Shown piece by piece: positions 1 through 11,442 of a stretch of DNA of 64,000 bases. The notes below the pieces were generated by a model. That model was not told where the DNA came from and did not search any database. It was given only the letters and a program-made list of their open reading frames with translations. The stretch lies in the NCBI RefSeq assembly GCF_006345805.1, contig NC_043000.1:100688001-100752000 (forward strand), written 5' to 3'. The first letter of the stretch is position 1; each line of letters opens with the position of its first letter. The stretch comes from Octopus sinensis. Taxonomy: Eukaryota. The position numbers were made by a program, and so were the translations under genes.

Positions 1-299
1 TCAATCTTCTCATCCCCTTTTAAATTTATTTTTATTTGTTTAATTTTGTTTTATTACTTTATTATCATTATCTATATTATTTTTTAATAACTTTAAAATA
101 ATTCTTAAAACTTTTAAAAAGAGAAATTTAATAATTTACTAATTAAAAACATTTTGATTATTTTAAAATAATCTTTTAACAATTTTAAAATAATAATTTA
201 ATAATTTAATAATTAAATAATCATTTTAATAATTTAAAAGTAAGTTTTTAATAATTCTTTAACAATAATTTAATAATTTAAAAAAAAATTTATAATTTA

Positions 300-620
300 T
301 CAATGGCCAGCATATTAAAAAATACCTTTAAATGTTAAAATTATAAACAACTTATAAATAAGGGCAAACGAAAAAATTTCTAATGCCAAATATACCGAAA
401 ATTGGACATATTGTCCATTACCATATAATTTTTCACAATACGCACACTACTCGAAAAATAACCGACAGAAATTTTTTAAAAAATCCATTATTAACATATC
501 GGACCGATTTCGGGGTTAGTTCGTAAGAACCCTCCTTTCGTCAGTGATAATAAATGAGATACTCATACCCATGGAAGAAGCAAAACACTAAGTCATGAGC
601 ACAACTAAGTACCCCTTACT
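300..620 (-). mobile_element. Penelope-like element terminal repeat fragment carrying a hammerhead-like motif
   Basis: Non-coding AT-rich segment containing the minimal type I hammerhead-like motif at 497-549, which is typical of PLE terminal repeats; boundaries approximate. Confidence 0.4.
497..549 (-). ncRNA. Minimal type I hammerhead ribozyme-like motif (PLE type), slightly degenerate
   Basis: Minus strand reads tatca-CTGACGA-aagga-gggtt(cttacgaact)aaccc-c-GAAA-tcg-GTC-cgata: core boxes in order, helix II gggtt/aaccc, minimal helix III, partial helix I. Confidence 0.6.
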
Positions 621-832
621 AATGATCAGCCATTGACTGATCATTAGTAAAGACAATCGATGGCACGTAGGACAATGACACTAAAATGAGAACAATAATA
701 AAGCTGAAATGAAGAACGAGTACACAGTACCTGTATTTATTTGCCAAAAAAAACAACAACAACAACAATAAAAATACAAATAAAATGACAATCCTGAAAT
801 ACATTTTTGTTGCTTTTCTTTTAATTTGTGGC

Positions 833-1106
833 AGTCATTTGGCTGCGTTCATGCTAAAGCATTGCCTGGAAGGGTTTTAGAAGGGAAAAATTGATTCCCT
901 TATTTATTTTGCTTTATTTTAACATCTGGTACTTGCTCTATCATAACTGTTACTGAACCACACCGATTGTCAAGCGGTAGGGTGGACAGTACGCAAGCCG
1001 TGCGCGCGCACACACACACACATCGCGTTTCTGTGAGCCAAATCTATTCAGGAAGTTTTGGTCGGCCCGGAGCTCTAGTAGAAAACTTTTGCCAAAAGTG
1101 TCGCAC
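833..1106 (-). mobile_element. SINE family 1 (tRNA/CORE composite), diverged truncated copy
   Basis: Recognisable blocks cagtcatttggctgcg, gattgtcaagcg and ttggtcggcccgg in the same order as the intact copy at 13763. Confidence 0.6.
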
Positions 1107-1162
1107 ACTTTTATGTACATACATACATACATACATAATACATACATACATACATACATACA

Positions 1163-1195
<33 letters not shown>

Positions 1196-1576
1196 GTGAT
1201 GGCTGCAATTCGATTGTCAGCCATCACGTCGCTCTATTGTTGCCTTAAACACCAGCAGGACGGACGTAAATTTTGGGATCTGTCTGATACCTACGCTCTC
1301 TTGTACAGATGTGGTCACAATGGGCGCTTATTGCTGCAGGTGTTCAGAAAGTTTGCCATCCACGCTAGCATAATCGTTACTGCCTTCATGTCATCATAGG
1401 ATTTTTCTTTCAGTGTTCAGCGTTTTTTTTTTTTGTTTTTTTTTTTTTTCGGCTACGAATCGCCATAGCTTGTACAGAATATTGGAGATGTTTATAGAGG
1501 TATTAAAAATCAAGTTGTGCTAGTACTTGAAAGTTTTCTATGTGACTAAAGGTCTTACACAGTAGAAATCACATTC

Positions 1577-1760
1577 TACGAAGCGCTGCTGAGAATTTCT
1601 GGCTTTAAGGGTCTCGCTTCCGAATTCTTTTACAGGACTGTTGCAATAATTGTGTGAATCTGAAAGGCGAATATATTGTATAAAATCATAATTAACGGAT
1701 CTTCCTGCATTTTCTTTTACCCAAAGCCAGGAACTTTTCTGCACCACTCCCCCTCCTGTA
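1577..1760 (+). mobile_element. Internally deleted mariner (MITE-like)
   Basis: TA-flanked imperfect TIRs (tacgaagcgctgctgagaatttctggcttt / aaagccaggaacttttctgcacc...cctgta); the interior encodes CNNCVNLKGEYIV*, resembling the mariner transposase C-terminus (KCV..GEYVE*). Confidence 0.75.
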
Positions 1761-2159
1761 TAACTAACGTATGCATTTGCTCCCAAAAGAAGTAGTCTAT
1801 ATTATTGGAGGCAATCGTGGGTGTTAGATCAGAATTTCCCTTATGACTAAAGAAAGTTATTTGATAATCGTTGACGCTGTGAATTTATTCGCCCTTTGAC
1901 AAGTTTTGTTTTCCGTCTTGAAGGTTATCCACAGAAAACCATCCTCCTTACCAAGCAGGCTTGGTAGTGTTGCAGATTTAGTCGCCGACGACCCGACCAC
2001 GTGCCAGGTTGTAATGGGTTACATTACAAGTAGCATAAAAGCTGATCTGGCATATATAGATCTATATATATATGAAAGTATCTTTCTACCTTTATTTGTT
2101 TCAGCCCGTAAGCTATGACTATACTGGGGTACTGTCATTAGTCTTGCTAGAAAAAGTAA

Positions 2160-2412
2160 AGGTAAGGTTACCTTTTCGAGCCGTGCCGACTCATAAGAGC
2201 CGGTTTCCTGGTTTCATGGCATATATATTCTCTACCTGGACGGGGTGCCGGTCTATCGCGGGATTACTCATTTTTGCCAGCTGACTGAACAGGAACAACG
2301 TGAATTGTAATGTTTGGCTCAAGAACACAACGCGTCCCCCCAGTCCCGGAATCGAAACCGCAATGTTATGATCATGAATGCTACACCCTAACTACTAAAC
2401 CACGCGCCTCCA
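2160..2412 (-). mobile_element. SINE family 3 (tRNA head + CORE-like block), copy with a V-domain-like tail
   Basis: Head ggcgcgtggtttagtagttaggg...ggtttcgattcc (A/B boxes), then ttgtgttcttgagc and cagctggcaaaaatgagta shared with 34912; tail cccgcgatagaccggcaccccgtccagg. Confidence 0.75.
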
Positions 2413-2439
2413 CAAGTTACCTTTTTCCTGTTCCTAGAT

Positions 2440-2590
2440 GTTTAATAGAGATTTAGTCGATGAGGGATATCGAAGATGTCGATCTTTGTTGCGTTTCTTG
2501 TCACAAAATAGGTTCATAGGGATTTCTTGACAGTAGAAGGTCCAGTTGAGTTTTGAAGACAACTACATCCACACTATCAAAGGCTCTTAA
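2440..2590 (-). mobile_element. CR1-clade LINE 3' end fragment
   Basis: Minus strand translates to DSVDVVVFKTQLDLLLSRNPYEPIL*QETQQRSTSSISLID*, matching the FK..LD..L..(V)PDEP...NSL C-terminus of CR1 ORF2. Confidence 0.55.
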
Positions 2591-3026
2591 CTCGATCTAT
2601 AGGAAATGGAAGATCTGTAGGCTTTTAAAACCTTAAACTAGACGCAGAAGTGGATAACACAAAGGTTTATAACACAACAGAGGAGTGAGTCTGATCTTTG
2701 ATATAGTGGCTGTATGTACACACGCACACACACACATACATACACACGCACATACAAACGCATATAAAAGACAAAAATGGGATTAAAATTCCTGGCAGAT
2801 ATCGAGTATGCACTCAGTATAAATGGATGAAGTTAAATTCCTGACAATCAGATAACAGCATAGGTAAGTAGAATACATATCCCAGTAAATCTTCATGCGT
2901 TACAGGTAAGCCCAACAATCTTGTGGTAGAAATTTAAGAATTTCGAATATCCGCGTAGATATGTGTGTGTGTGTGTGTGTGTGTATGTGTGTGTGTGTGT
3001 ATATGTGTGGTGTGTGTGTGTGTGTA

Positions 3027-3066
<40 letters not shown>

Positions 3067-3169
3067 CGTGTGTGTGTGTCTGCCTGCGTGTTTGAACTAC
3101 AGCGCTATCCTCACACACACACATACACTCACTCATACACACATACATACATATAACTATATATATATA

Positions 3170-3345
3170 TCTATTATATATATTCCGTTCTGTCTGTCTG
3201 TGTGTGTGTGTGTCTTCTAGGATCCAGGCATCCTCCATCCGATTGCGCTCAAATTTGATGTGTAGATACTGACGGTATCAGGGCGTGTATAAGTCTTGAA
3301 AAATTACAGAAATCGATTACAGGTGAGAATGCGATCAATAAGGTG
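3170..3345 (-). mobile_element. Helitron/Helentron-like non-autonomous element, 3' end
   Basis: Near-identical to 55583-55750 in opposite orientation; aaatttgagcgcaatcgga...(CA)n-cagacagac...atataatagat end resembles Lep1/DINE-1-type elements. Confidence 0.5.
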
Positions 3346-3540
3346 AATAAAATCGTTTTTCTTTGGAATAGAAAAAACGTCTATCTTTATTTCTTCTTTT
3401 GCTGGTCTCTCAAATTTAGGTTAAATCAGTGTTTCTCAAAGGGGAGGCCTATGGGACGATCAGACAAGTTGTTTTGAGAAAATTTGGTTTAAATGTTTGA
3501 CGGGGCATGTTTTGCTCGTATGCTTATATATATCTTTCTT

Positions 3541-3911
3541 TTTTCTCTTTTATTTGTTTCAGTCATTTGACTGCGGCCATGCTGGAGCACCGCCTTTAGT
3601 CGAGCAAATCGACCCCGGGACTTATTCTTTGTAAGCCCAGTACTTATTCTATCGGTCTCTTTTGCCGAACCGCTAGGTGACGGGGACGTAAACACACCAG
3701 CATCGGTCGTCAAGCAATGCTAGGGGGACAAACACAGACACACAAACACACACACATATACATATATATATACATATACGACAGGCTTCTTTCAGTTTCC
3801 GTCTACCAAATCCACTCACAAGGCATTGGTCGGCCCGGGGCTATAGCAGAAGACACTTGCCCAAGATGCCACGCAGTGGGACTGAACCCGGAACCATGTG
3901 GTTGGTTAGCA
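3541..3911 (-). mobile_element. SINE family 1 copy (head partly replaced by (TTAAAC)n)
   Basis: High identity to the reverse complement of 13763-14174. Confidence 0.9.
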
Positions 3912-4479
3912 TGTTTAAGTTAAGTTTAAGTTTAAGCGCCTATGTTTAAGTTAAATATATTATATATTAATATATATATTAATAGATATATATATATATG
4001 CATAAATGCACACACACACACACGCTGACAAACACATGCGCACACAGACGTACACACACGTATATGCTTCTGAGTTTGTGTGTGTGTATGTAAGTGTGAG
4101 CGCGTGTGTGTGTATGTGTATGCATGTACGTGTCTAATATATATATCAATTTTAGCAAAGGCTTTGAGTTATTTAACGGTGAATTAACTGTAGTTTTTAG
4201 CATTTGATTGAGCGCATATGGGCTTCTTTCTTATAGGTGGAGTTTATTTAAGAGACAGGAAGGGAGATGTTAACGTTGATAAACGTCCTGGAATAAGAAC
4301 GATAATTAATTTGAAGCGACGTCGTTTATTCACAGCGATGTTAATCACAGAAACTATAAAAGGAACGATAAATTTTATGGTTAAATAAATACATATGATG
4401 ATATTGGAATAGAGACAATACAATAACTGTTAGAGCCGGTCTGCTTCATTAAATGTTTGCTCTGCTGGGATATGTGCAT

Positions 4480-4582
4480 ATGTGTGTGCGTACGTGTGTG
4501 TGTGTGTGTGTGTGGTGTGTGTGTGTGTGTGTGTGTGTGAGGAGAGAGAGAGAGAGAGTGTGTGTGTGTGTGTGTGTGTGGT

Positions 4583-4669
<87 letters not shown>

Positions 4670-4917
4670 TGTGTGGTGTGTGTGAGAGAGAGAGAGAGTG
4701 TGTGTGTATATATACATATACTCTATTATACATGATACATATATATATATAATATATATATATATATATGTATGTATATATATATGTATGTATATATATA
4801 TTATATATATATATATGATATATATATATATATATATAATATATATATATATATATGTATATGATATATATTATGTTTACATATATATACATATACTTAC
4901 ATATATATATATATGTA

Positions 4918-4968
<51 letters not shown>

Positions 4969-5050
4969 TATATTATATATAGTAGAAATATGTTACGAGA
5001 AGAAAATATAAATATATATGTATGTATGTATGTATGTATGCATGCATATA

Positions 5051-5081
<31 letters not shown>

Positions 5082-5100
5082 GCATATATGCATATAGCAC
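4480..5100. repeat. Compound (TG)n/(AG)n/(TA)n/(TATG)n microsatellite block
   Basis: Directly visible; explains the overlapping YIYI/VCVC/HTHT ORFs. Confidence 0.95.
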
Positions 5101-5408
5101 TAGATTTTATGTTCATGTACGTAGATATAAAGCTACACATGGATATAAATATACATCAAGTAGAAAGAGGAATGTCAACAAAGCATCACGTACACACACA
5201 CACATATACGCACACAAATGCGGACACACTCATTCACACACACACGCAAATACATACTCATTTATATTTCTTTTATTGGTTTATAAAATAAAGATCTAAT
5301 TCACTAATTATAGTGAGATTCATGTTGTAAGAAATATGTTATCTTTAATTATTTCAGTAGTATAAAGAAGATAACCACGGTTGCTCAGTTATATACATAC
5401 ATACATAC

Positions 5409-5459
<51 letters not shown>

Positions 5460-5530
5460 GCACACATACTCTCGCCCCTCTCTCTCACACACACCACGTA
5501 CGCACACATATATATATGCATATATAAATA

Positions 5531-5577
<47 letters not shown>

Positions 5578-5849
5578 GAAATATTAAAATTACTAAGTCT
5601 CTATATATGTATTTATTATGTGTGTATGTATATTTGTGTCATGTATGTACATGTATATATATATGTATGTGCGTGTATGTATGCATATATGTGTATGTGT
5701 GTGTGTGTGTATGCACATATATATATTTATATATATTCTTATTACATGTGTGGATAATGAATAATGGATAATGAATTAATAAAGGCGAAAATAATGATAT
5801 CAATGATATATACACTCATTCAGTCATACGTTAACTAAATATCAATAAC

Positions 5850-5992
5850 TATAATAACAATAATAATGATGGTAACAACAACAACGGTAACTATAATATT
5901 AAAAAAAAAAAACCGGAAGAGCAACGACGGGAACAAATAATCATTATGATGATAATAATAATGATAACAACAACAACAACAATAACAATAAC

Positions 5993-6026
<34 letters not shown>

Positions 6027-6049
6027 TAATAATAATAATAATAATAATA

Positions 6050-6085
<36 letters not shown>

Positions 6086-6185
6086 TAATAATAATAATAA
6101 TGATAATAATAATAATAATAATATAATAATAATATAATAATAATAATAATAATGATGATGATAATAATAGTAATAATAATAAAAT
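5850..6185. repeat. (AAT)n/(AAC)n/(GAT)n trinucleotide microsatellite
   Basis: Directly visible. Confidence 0.95.
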
Positions 6186-6426
6186 TGATAATGGAAGAGC
6201 AATTTCGATTATTGTATCTATGATATAATTTTTGATCAAATGCCAACTTTGTAAGCTTGACTGAAAATGTTTTCCTCGTGCTAAATTATTTTCCTTGTCT
6301 TTCTTTTCTGTTATTTATCTATTTTTTGTAATTTCTATATTTTTCGTCAAGTGGATAGAAAGAATATATATATATATATACATACTTACATACACAATTA
6401 TAAATATATATATATAGATATATATA

Positions 6427-6476
<50 letters not shown>

Positions 6477-6842
6477 ATGCATATACTCACAGAGGCACAC
6501 ATAATTGCATGTGCGCCTGTCCGCGCGTTTTTGAGTTTCCTCAATGTATATCCTCTCAAATAAATTTATCAATAAAATAAAAAAAAAAAAAGTGAATCAT
6601 AGAGAAAGAAAAGAAAGAGGAGAGAAGCTATTATATGATGGGCGACTGAGAGAGTGGAAGGAAAGAAAAATGAAAAGAACAAAATTAGTGGAAAGGCATC
6701 GTACGTGTGTGTGTATAAATAAGTAAATATAAGTAATATAAATATGTGTGTGTGTGTGTGTGTGTATGAGAGAGAGGGCTTTGAGAATGTAGGTGAGGGA
6801 GAGTGGTAGACGAGGACACATTATTGCTTCGATTTGATTGAC

Positions 6843-6898
<56 letters not shown>

Positions 6899-7236
6899 CA
6901 TACATATATATATATATACATACTTAAAACATACATATATGCATATATACATATATATGTGTATATAACACACACACTCACACACACATACACACACACA
7001 CAAAACGGTAAATAAAGCAGTGATGGGTCGATGGAGGGAATGTTGAAGCAATTTATTATATCTGTCTGTTTGTTTCGTCGGTTTTTATGATATTACTTGT
7101 AATTTAACGTTGATGATATCTACTTCCTGACCTACCTCTTTTGTTGTCAAACGATTGTGGCAATTACTGAATGGATATAATATTAGACTCCAGAAATTTA
7201 AATCAAAATCAGAAACTTGTAGTTAAAAATCATACA

Positions 7237-8135
7237 TACGAGATCTGATCAATAAGTATCCGGATTGTTGTATAGTAACGAAGCTAAAACACGCAGAGTA
7301 AAGCCACTTGGCAAAGATTGACCCTGAGCTCTGCTGTGCATGCACACTAAGTTTTAATGTTCTAGCTCACTTCTCCTGTTTACAGCAGTGCTTGGATATA
7401 AAGTGTGTAACGTGTGATCATCGCATTGACCATGACAGAAAAAGTTGTCATGGCGATACCTACTCAGAGGCGTACGCAAAGTTGTAAAATGAGTATGGAG
7501 AGGAGTGTATGAGTTGCATACAAGTTTTTAAGTGGTTCAGACGTTTCAAAGATGGCCGAAAAAATGTCGATATTGACGAACCTCCTGGGAGACCCGCAAC
7601 CAGCAGAACTGAGAAAAACATCAAAGATATACGTGCAGCTGTGAGAGGAAATCATCGAACCACCATCTGTGAGTTATCAGAGGATGTGCAGATTAGTATG
7701 TTTCAGTTCAGTCCATTATCACGGAAAATTTGGGTATGAGACGCGTTTCTGCCAAGGTTGTGCCAAAGCTGTTTTCAGCTGACCAAAAAGATACTCGGAT
7801 TTCAGTTGCACAAGATCTCTTTGATTGTGTCGAGGACGATGAAATCCTTTTAAAAAAACTTTGCGTAGGCCTCTAACCAGATATCGCCAAGCTTTTGGAA
7901 AAATTCGATGCAGATTCTCTGCTCAACTTTCTCCGTCGTGTTCAATGCGACGATCACACGTTACACACGTTACTTCCAAGCACTGTTGTGAACAGCAGAA
8001 GTGAACTAGAATGTTAAAACCTAGTGCGAATGCACAGCAGAGTTCAAGGTCAATCTGAACCAAGCAGCTTCACTCTGCGTGCTTCAGCTTCGTTATTGTG
8101 GCAACATTCCGGATACTTATTGATCAAATCGCGTA
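7237..8135 (+). mobile_element. Mariner (Tc1/mariner) fold-back derivative: left end plus N-terminal transposase, closed by a second inverted left end
   Basis: TA at both ends; arms 7237-7483 and 7857-8135 are inverted copies; interior encodes MSCIQVFKWFRRFKDGRKNV...GRPATS (HTH) and MRRVSAKVVPKL (WVPREL-like), stopping before the catalytic DDD domain. Confidence 0.9.
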
Positions 8136-8716
8136 TTATGTTCAAATCACACATGTTAGGTTCGAATCACAGATCGTTAATTGAAAATCTAACTTGCGGT
8201 GAAATCACAAATGTTTATATCAAACCAGATGTTTGGAGTTGAAACCGTTGGTTTTAAAATCAAAATCACAAATCCTCAACTCAAATTATTAGTCACAAAT
8301 CTCTAGACAGAATCTGAGAATTTGAATTGAAACCATAGATTTTAAAATCCCAACCATCGATCTCCAGCTGAAAACATTAGCTTTTGAGTAAGAAAGAAGT
8401 CACAAAACAATCTTTTACAAAAGCATTGGAATAAAAAACCAGAAACTAATGCAAGCGACGCAACAGAAAACAAGAAAGTGCTTCAAACCAATTTGGGGTC
8501 CTCAAAACTTGTGTAACTAGCGGGTGAGCGAATATTCAACACAGCAGAAGTAAGCTTCTAATAAAGGATGAGGCCAGGTAGCGCTTCTAAAGAATGATGA
8601 CTAGTTATACTAGTATAACTAGCACGGAAAGTAGTAAGAATGGAGGTGTTCAATGTACCTCCAGATATAAACATCTACTGGGTGGTGGCGGTTGTTCTCT
8701 ATGGCATGGAAGATAA

Positions 8717-8939
8717 TATTTCTTTACTGCCCACAAGGGGCTAAACATAAAGGGGACAAACAAAGGGATTAAGTCGATTACATCGACCCCAGTGCGTAAC
8801 TGGTACTTATTTAATCGACCCCGAAATGATGAAAGGCTAAGTCGACCTCGGCGGAATTTGAACTCAGAACGTAGCGGCAGACGAAATACCGCTAAGCATT
8901 TCGCCCGGAGTGCTAACGTTTCTGCCAGCTCGCCGCCTT
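8717..8939 (-). mobile_element. SINE family 2 (tRNA-like head, Meta/MESC-like core), full length with TSD
   Basis: ggcggcgagctggcagaaacgttag...gagttcaaattcc head; gtcgac..cctttcat..ggggtcgat..aataagtaccag core; 15-bp TSD tggcatggaagataa at 8702-8716 and 8940-8954. Confidence 0.92.
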
Positions 8940-9373
8940 TGGCATGGAAGATAAAACCAATATATTGCAGCTTCAGGGTCTGTATAAGAAAAATTGGCTT
9001 GGCCCCGGAATGGAGCTCGCGATTCCAACGGATCAAGAAGTATGGAATTCATCCTGGACCTGATCAATCTCGCCAGGTGGGGCACAACTTTTCGTGGGCG
9101 TTGGTGACACAAATTATTCCAAGATTTCCTGTCATGGTATAGGAGGCGTTAAGGATGCTCCCCCTTTACCAATTTCTACTGTCACTATAATCTCAGCAGC
9201 AGCAACTGTAACAACAAAAATAACAGCATTCTCGGATCCCTCACTTTTACTATGCTTATACATGTGCATATGTGTGAATGTTGGTGTTAATGCGCGCGCG
9301 TGTGTAACTCAGCAATTATGTTTAAAAATACAAATACCATAATCTAAAGTGATACCAGTTGTTTTCTTATCTC

Positions 9374-9436
<63 letters not shown>

Positions 9437-9573
9437 GTCTGTCAGTCTGCCAGCCTGCCTACCTGTCAGTCTATCTATCAGTCTATTCATCTATCTATCT
9501 AGCTATACATACATACATGCATACATACATACATACATACATACATACATACATACATACATACATACATACA

Positions 9574-9809
9574 TAGCTTGCTTACCAACCACATGGTTCC
9601 GGGTTCAGTCCCACTGCGTGGTACCTTGGGCAAGTATCTTCTATTATAGCCTCGGGCCGACCAAATCTTTGTGAGTGGATTTGGTAGACGGAAACTGAAA
9701 GAAGCCCGTCGTATATATATATATATATATATATTCAACAATTGAGGGTAAAATTAATTAATTATTAATCAATTTCACCAAGTATTCAGTATGTAAATTA
9801 ATTATTAAT

Positions 9810-9893
<84 letters not shown>

Positions 9894-10098
9894 TGTGTGT
9901 CTGTGTTTGTCCCCCAACATCGCTTGACAACTGATGCTGGTGTGTTTACGTCCCCGTAACTTAGCGGTTCGGCAAAAGAGACCGATAGAATAAGTACTAG
10001 GCTTACAAAGAATAAGTCCTGGGGTCAATTTGCTTTACTAAAGGCGGTGCTCCAGCATGACTACAGTCAAATGACTGAAACAAGTAAAAGAGTAAAGA
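9574..10098 (+). mobile_element. SINE family 1 copy, 5'-truncated, with about 75-bp AT-rich insert in its internal microsatellite
   Basis: Matches 13763-14174; sits between (CATA)n and acatacatac. Confidence 0.9.
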
Positions 10099-10099
10099 G

Positions 10100-11370
10100 A
10101 ACATACATACTTGACTGGTCTGTAGAAAAAATTTACTCCATAGACATTAAGACCCGCAAGATTCTGATATCAACTGAAAATTTCCTCAAGAATAGTGATA
10201 TCGACAGGCTCTACCGAAGAAGAAATAAAGGAAGTAGAAGCTTGAGATCAGTACAGAGAGACTTTGGATGTTACATAAACTCTCTAACGGCACTTGCTAA
10301 ACAACAGCAGCAAAAATAAATACATTTAGTTTGAGCTGAAAAGTGAAGAAAACGATATATATTATGTCGGAAACGAGTTCGTCAGGAGGCACGATCTTAC
10401 TGATGATCTCCCATACAACTCCGAATCAGCTGGACTAGCATACCTCAAAGAAGACCTGGAGGTGAAACGCTCAGTATACTAAAGATAGACCATGTATGGC
10501 TATGTTTCCCGAACGCTTGAAGAAGACAGTAACATTGACATGAAGCGAAGCCTCTCTTGGATCCGTGACTGCTACATCATATCATACATCGAAAGTTGAA
10601 AGTAATATATTTGCAATCCAAGGACGAGAGATTGCAACCAAATACCTAATAAACAAAAGCAACAGTGAAGGCCTTGAAGCTCCAAGATGCAACCGAAAAT
10701 GTAGATTATGTCATACATATGTGGAAGACATCACACATTTGAGTAGCCGCTGCCCAAAAAATGTCATCAAAGTCTACCTCACTATTCAACACGACGTTGT
10801 CGGAAAAACAATATATAATACCATCCTGTCTGGAAGACTGCCCTGGAATAAATACCAGCACAAGGAATACATGTGTAAATATCAGCACAAGGAATACACG
10901 TGTAACATTTTCATCAAAACATCTGTCATATTTAAGAATAACATGCCGGATATTGTTGTCTTAGTCAGACGAGAAAAAGTACGTACCGTCATAGAGGTTA
11001 GCTGTCATGTTGATGTAAAAATCTCTTTGGAAATCACAGAGAAAGAAGATAGCTATGGACAATTGCTTTGAAACCTCCAGATTCTATATCCGGATTACAA
11101 ATTTACATTTATTTCGATAATAATTGGTTCACTTGATTTGGTAAGTAAATGGCTAACTGTCAGTCTGGATAAGATTGGATTCTCAGAAAAAGAAATCAAC
11201 AAACTGGCTCGCATATTGCAAATACAATCTGGCAGGGGAACAGTAAAACTGGACAAGACTTTTCTCACACTTAAAATGTGACATTGTTTTCGTTATCTAC
11301 ATTCCAAAGATGGAGTTTTGTGCGTTTGTTAGAAACCAGCTCCTTCTTCAAAGGAAGAATTTAAATAACT
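10100..11370 (+). mobile_element. R4/Dong-clade LINE, lineage A, 5'-truncated pseudogene with 3' UTR
   Basis: IDIKTRKIL...SDIDRLY (post-RT), CRLCHTYVEDITHLSSRC (CCHC), MPDIVVLVR..IEVSC..D...EKEDSY (PD..D/E restriction-like endonuclease); stops and frameshifts. Confidence 0.85.
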
Positions 11371-11442
11371 AAAAATAGTAAGTACACACGCATGCGCGCA
11401 CGCACAAACACACACACACAAATACATACATACATACATACA

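Noticed and set aside
2799-2870. cag...ag|gtaagt exon-like segment
   Set aside because: Stops in all three frames; no support as a UTR exon.
4237-4390. Possible exon after cttctttcttatag (GVYLRDRKGDVNVDKRPG...)
   Set aside because: Good acceptor and about 50 open codons, but no recognisable homology or convincing donor.
950-7051. Many YIYI, VCVC, HTHT and MYVC ORFs here and throughout the window
   Set aside because: Translations of (TA)n, (TG)n and (CATA)n microsatellites.
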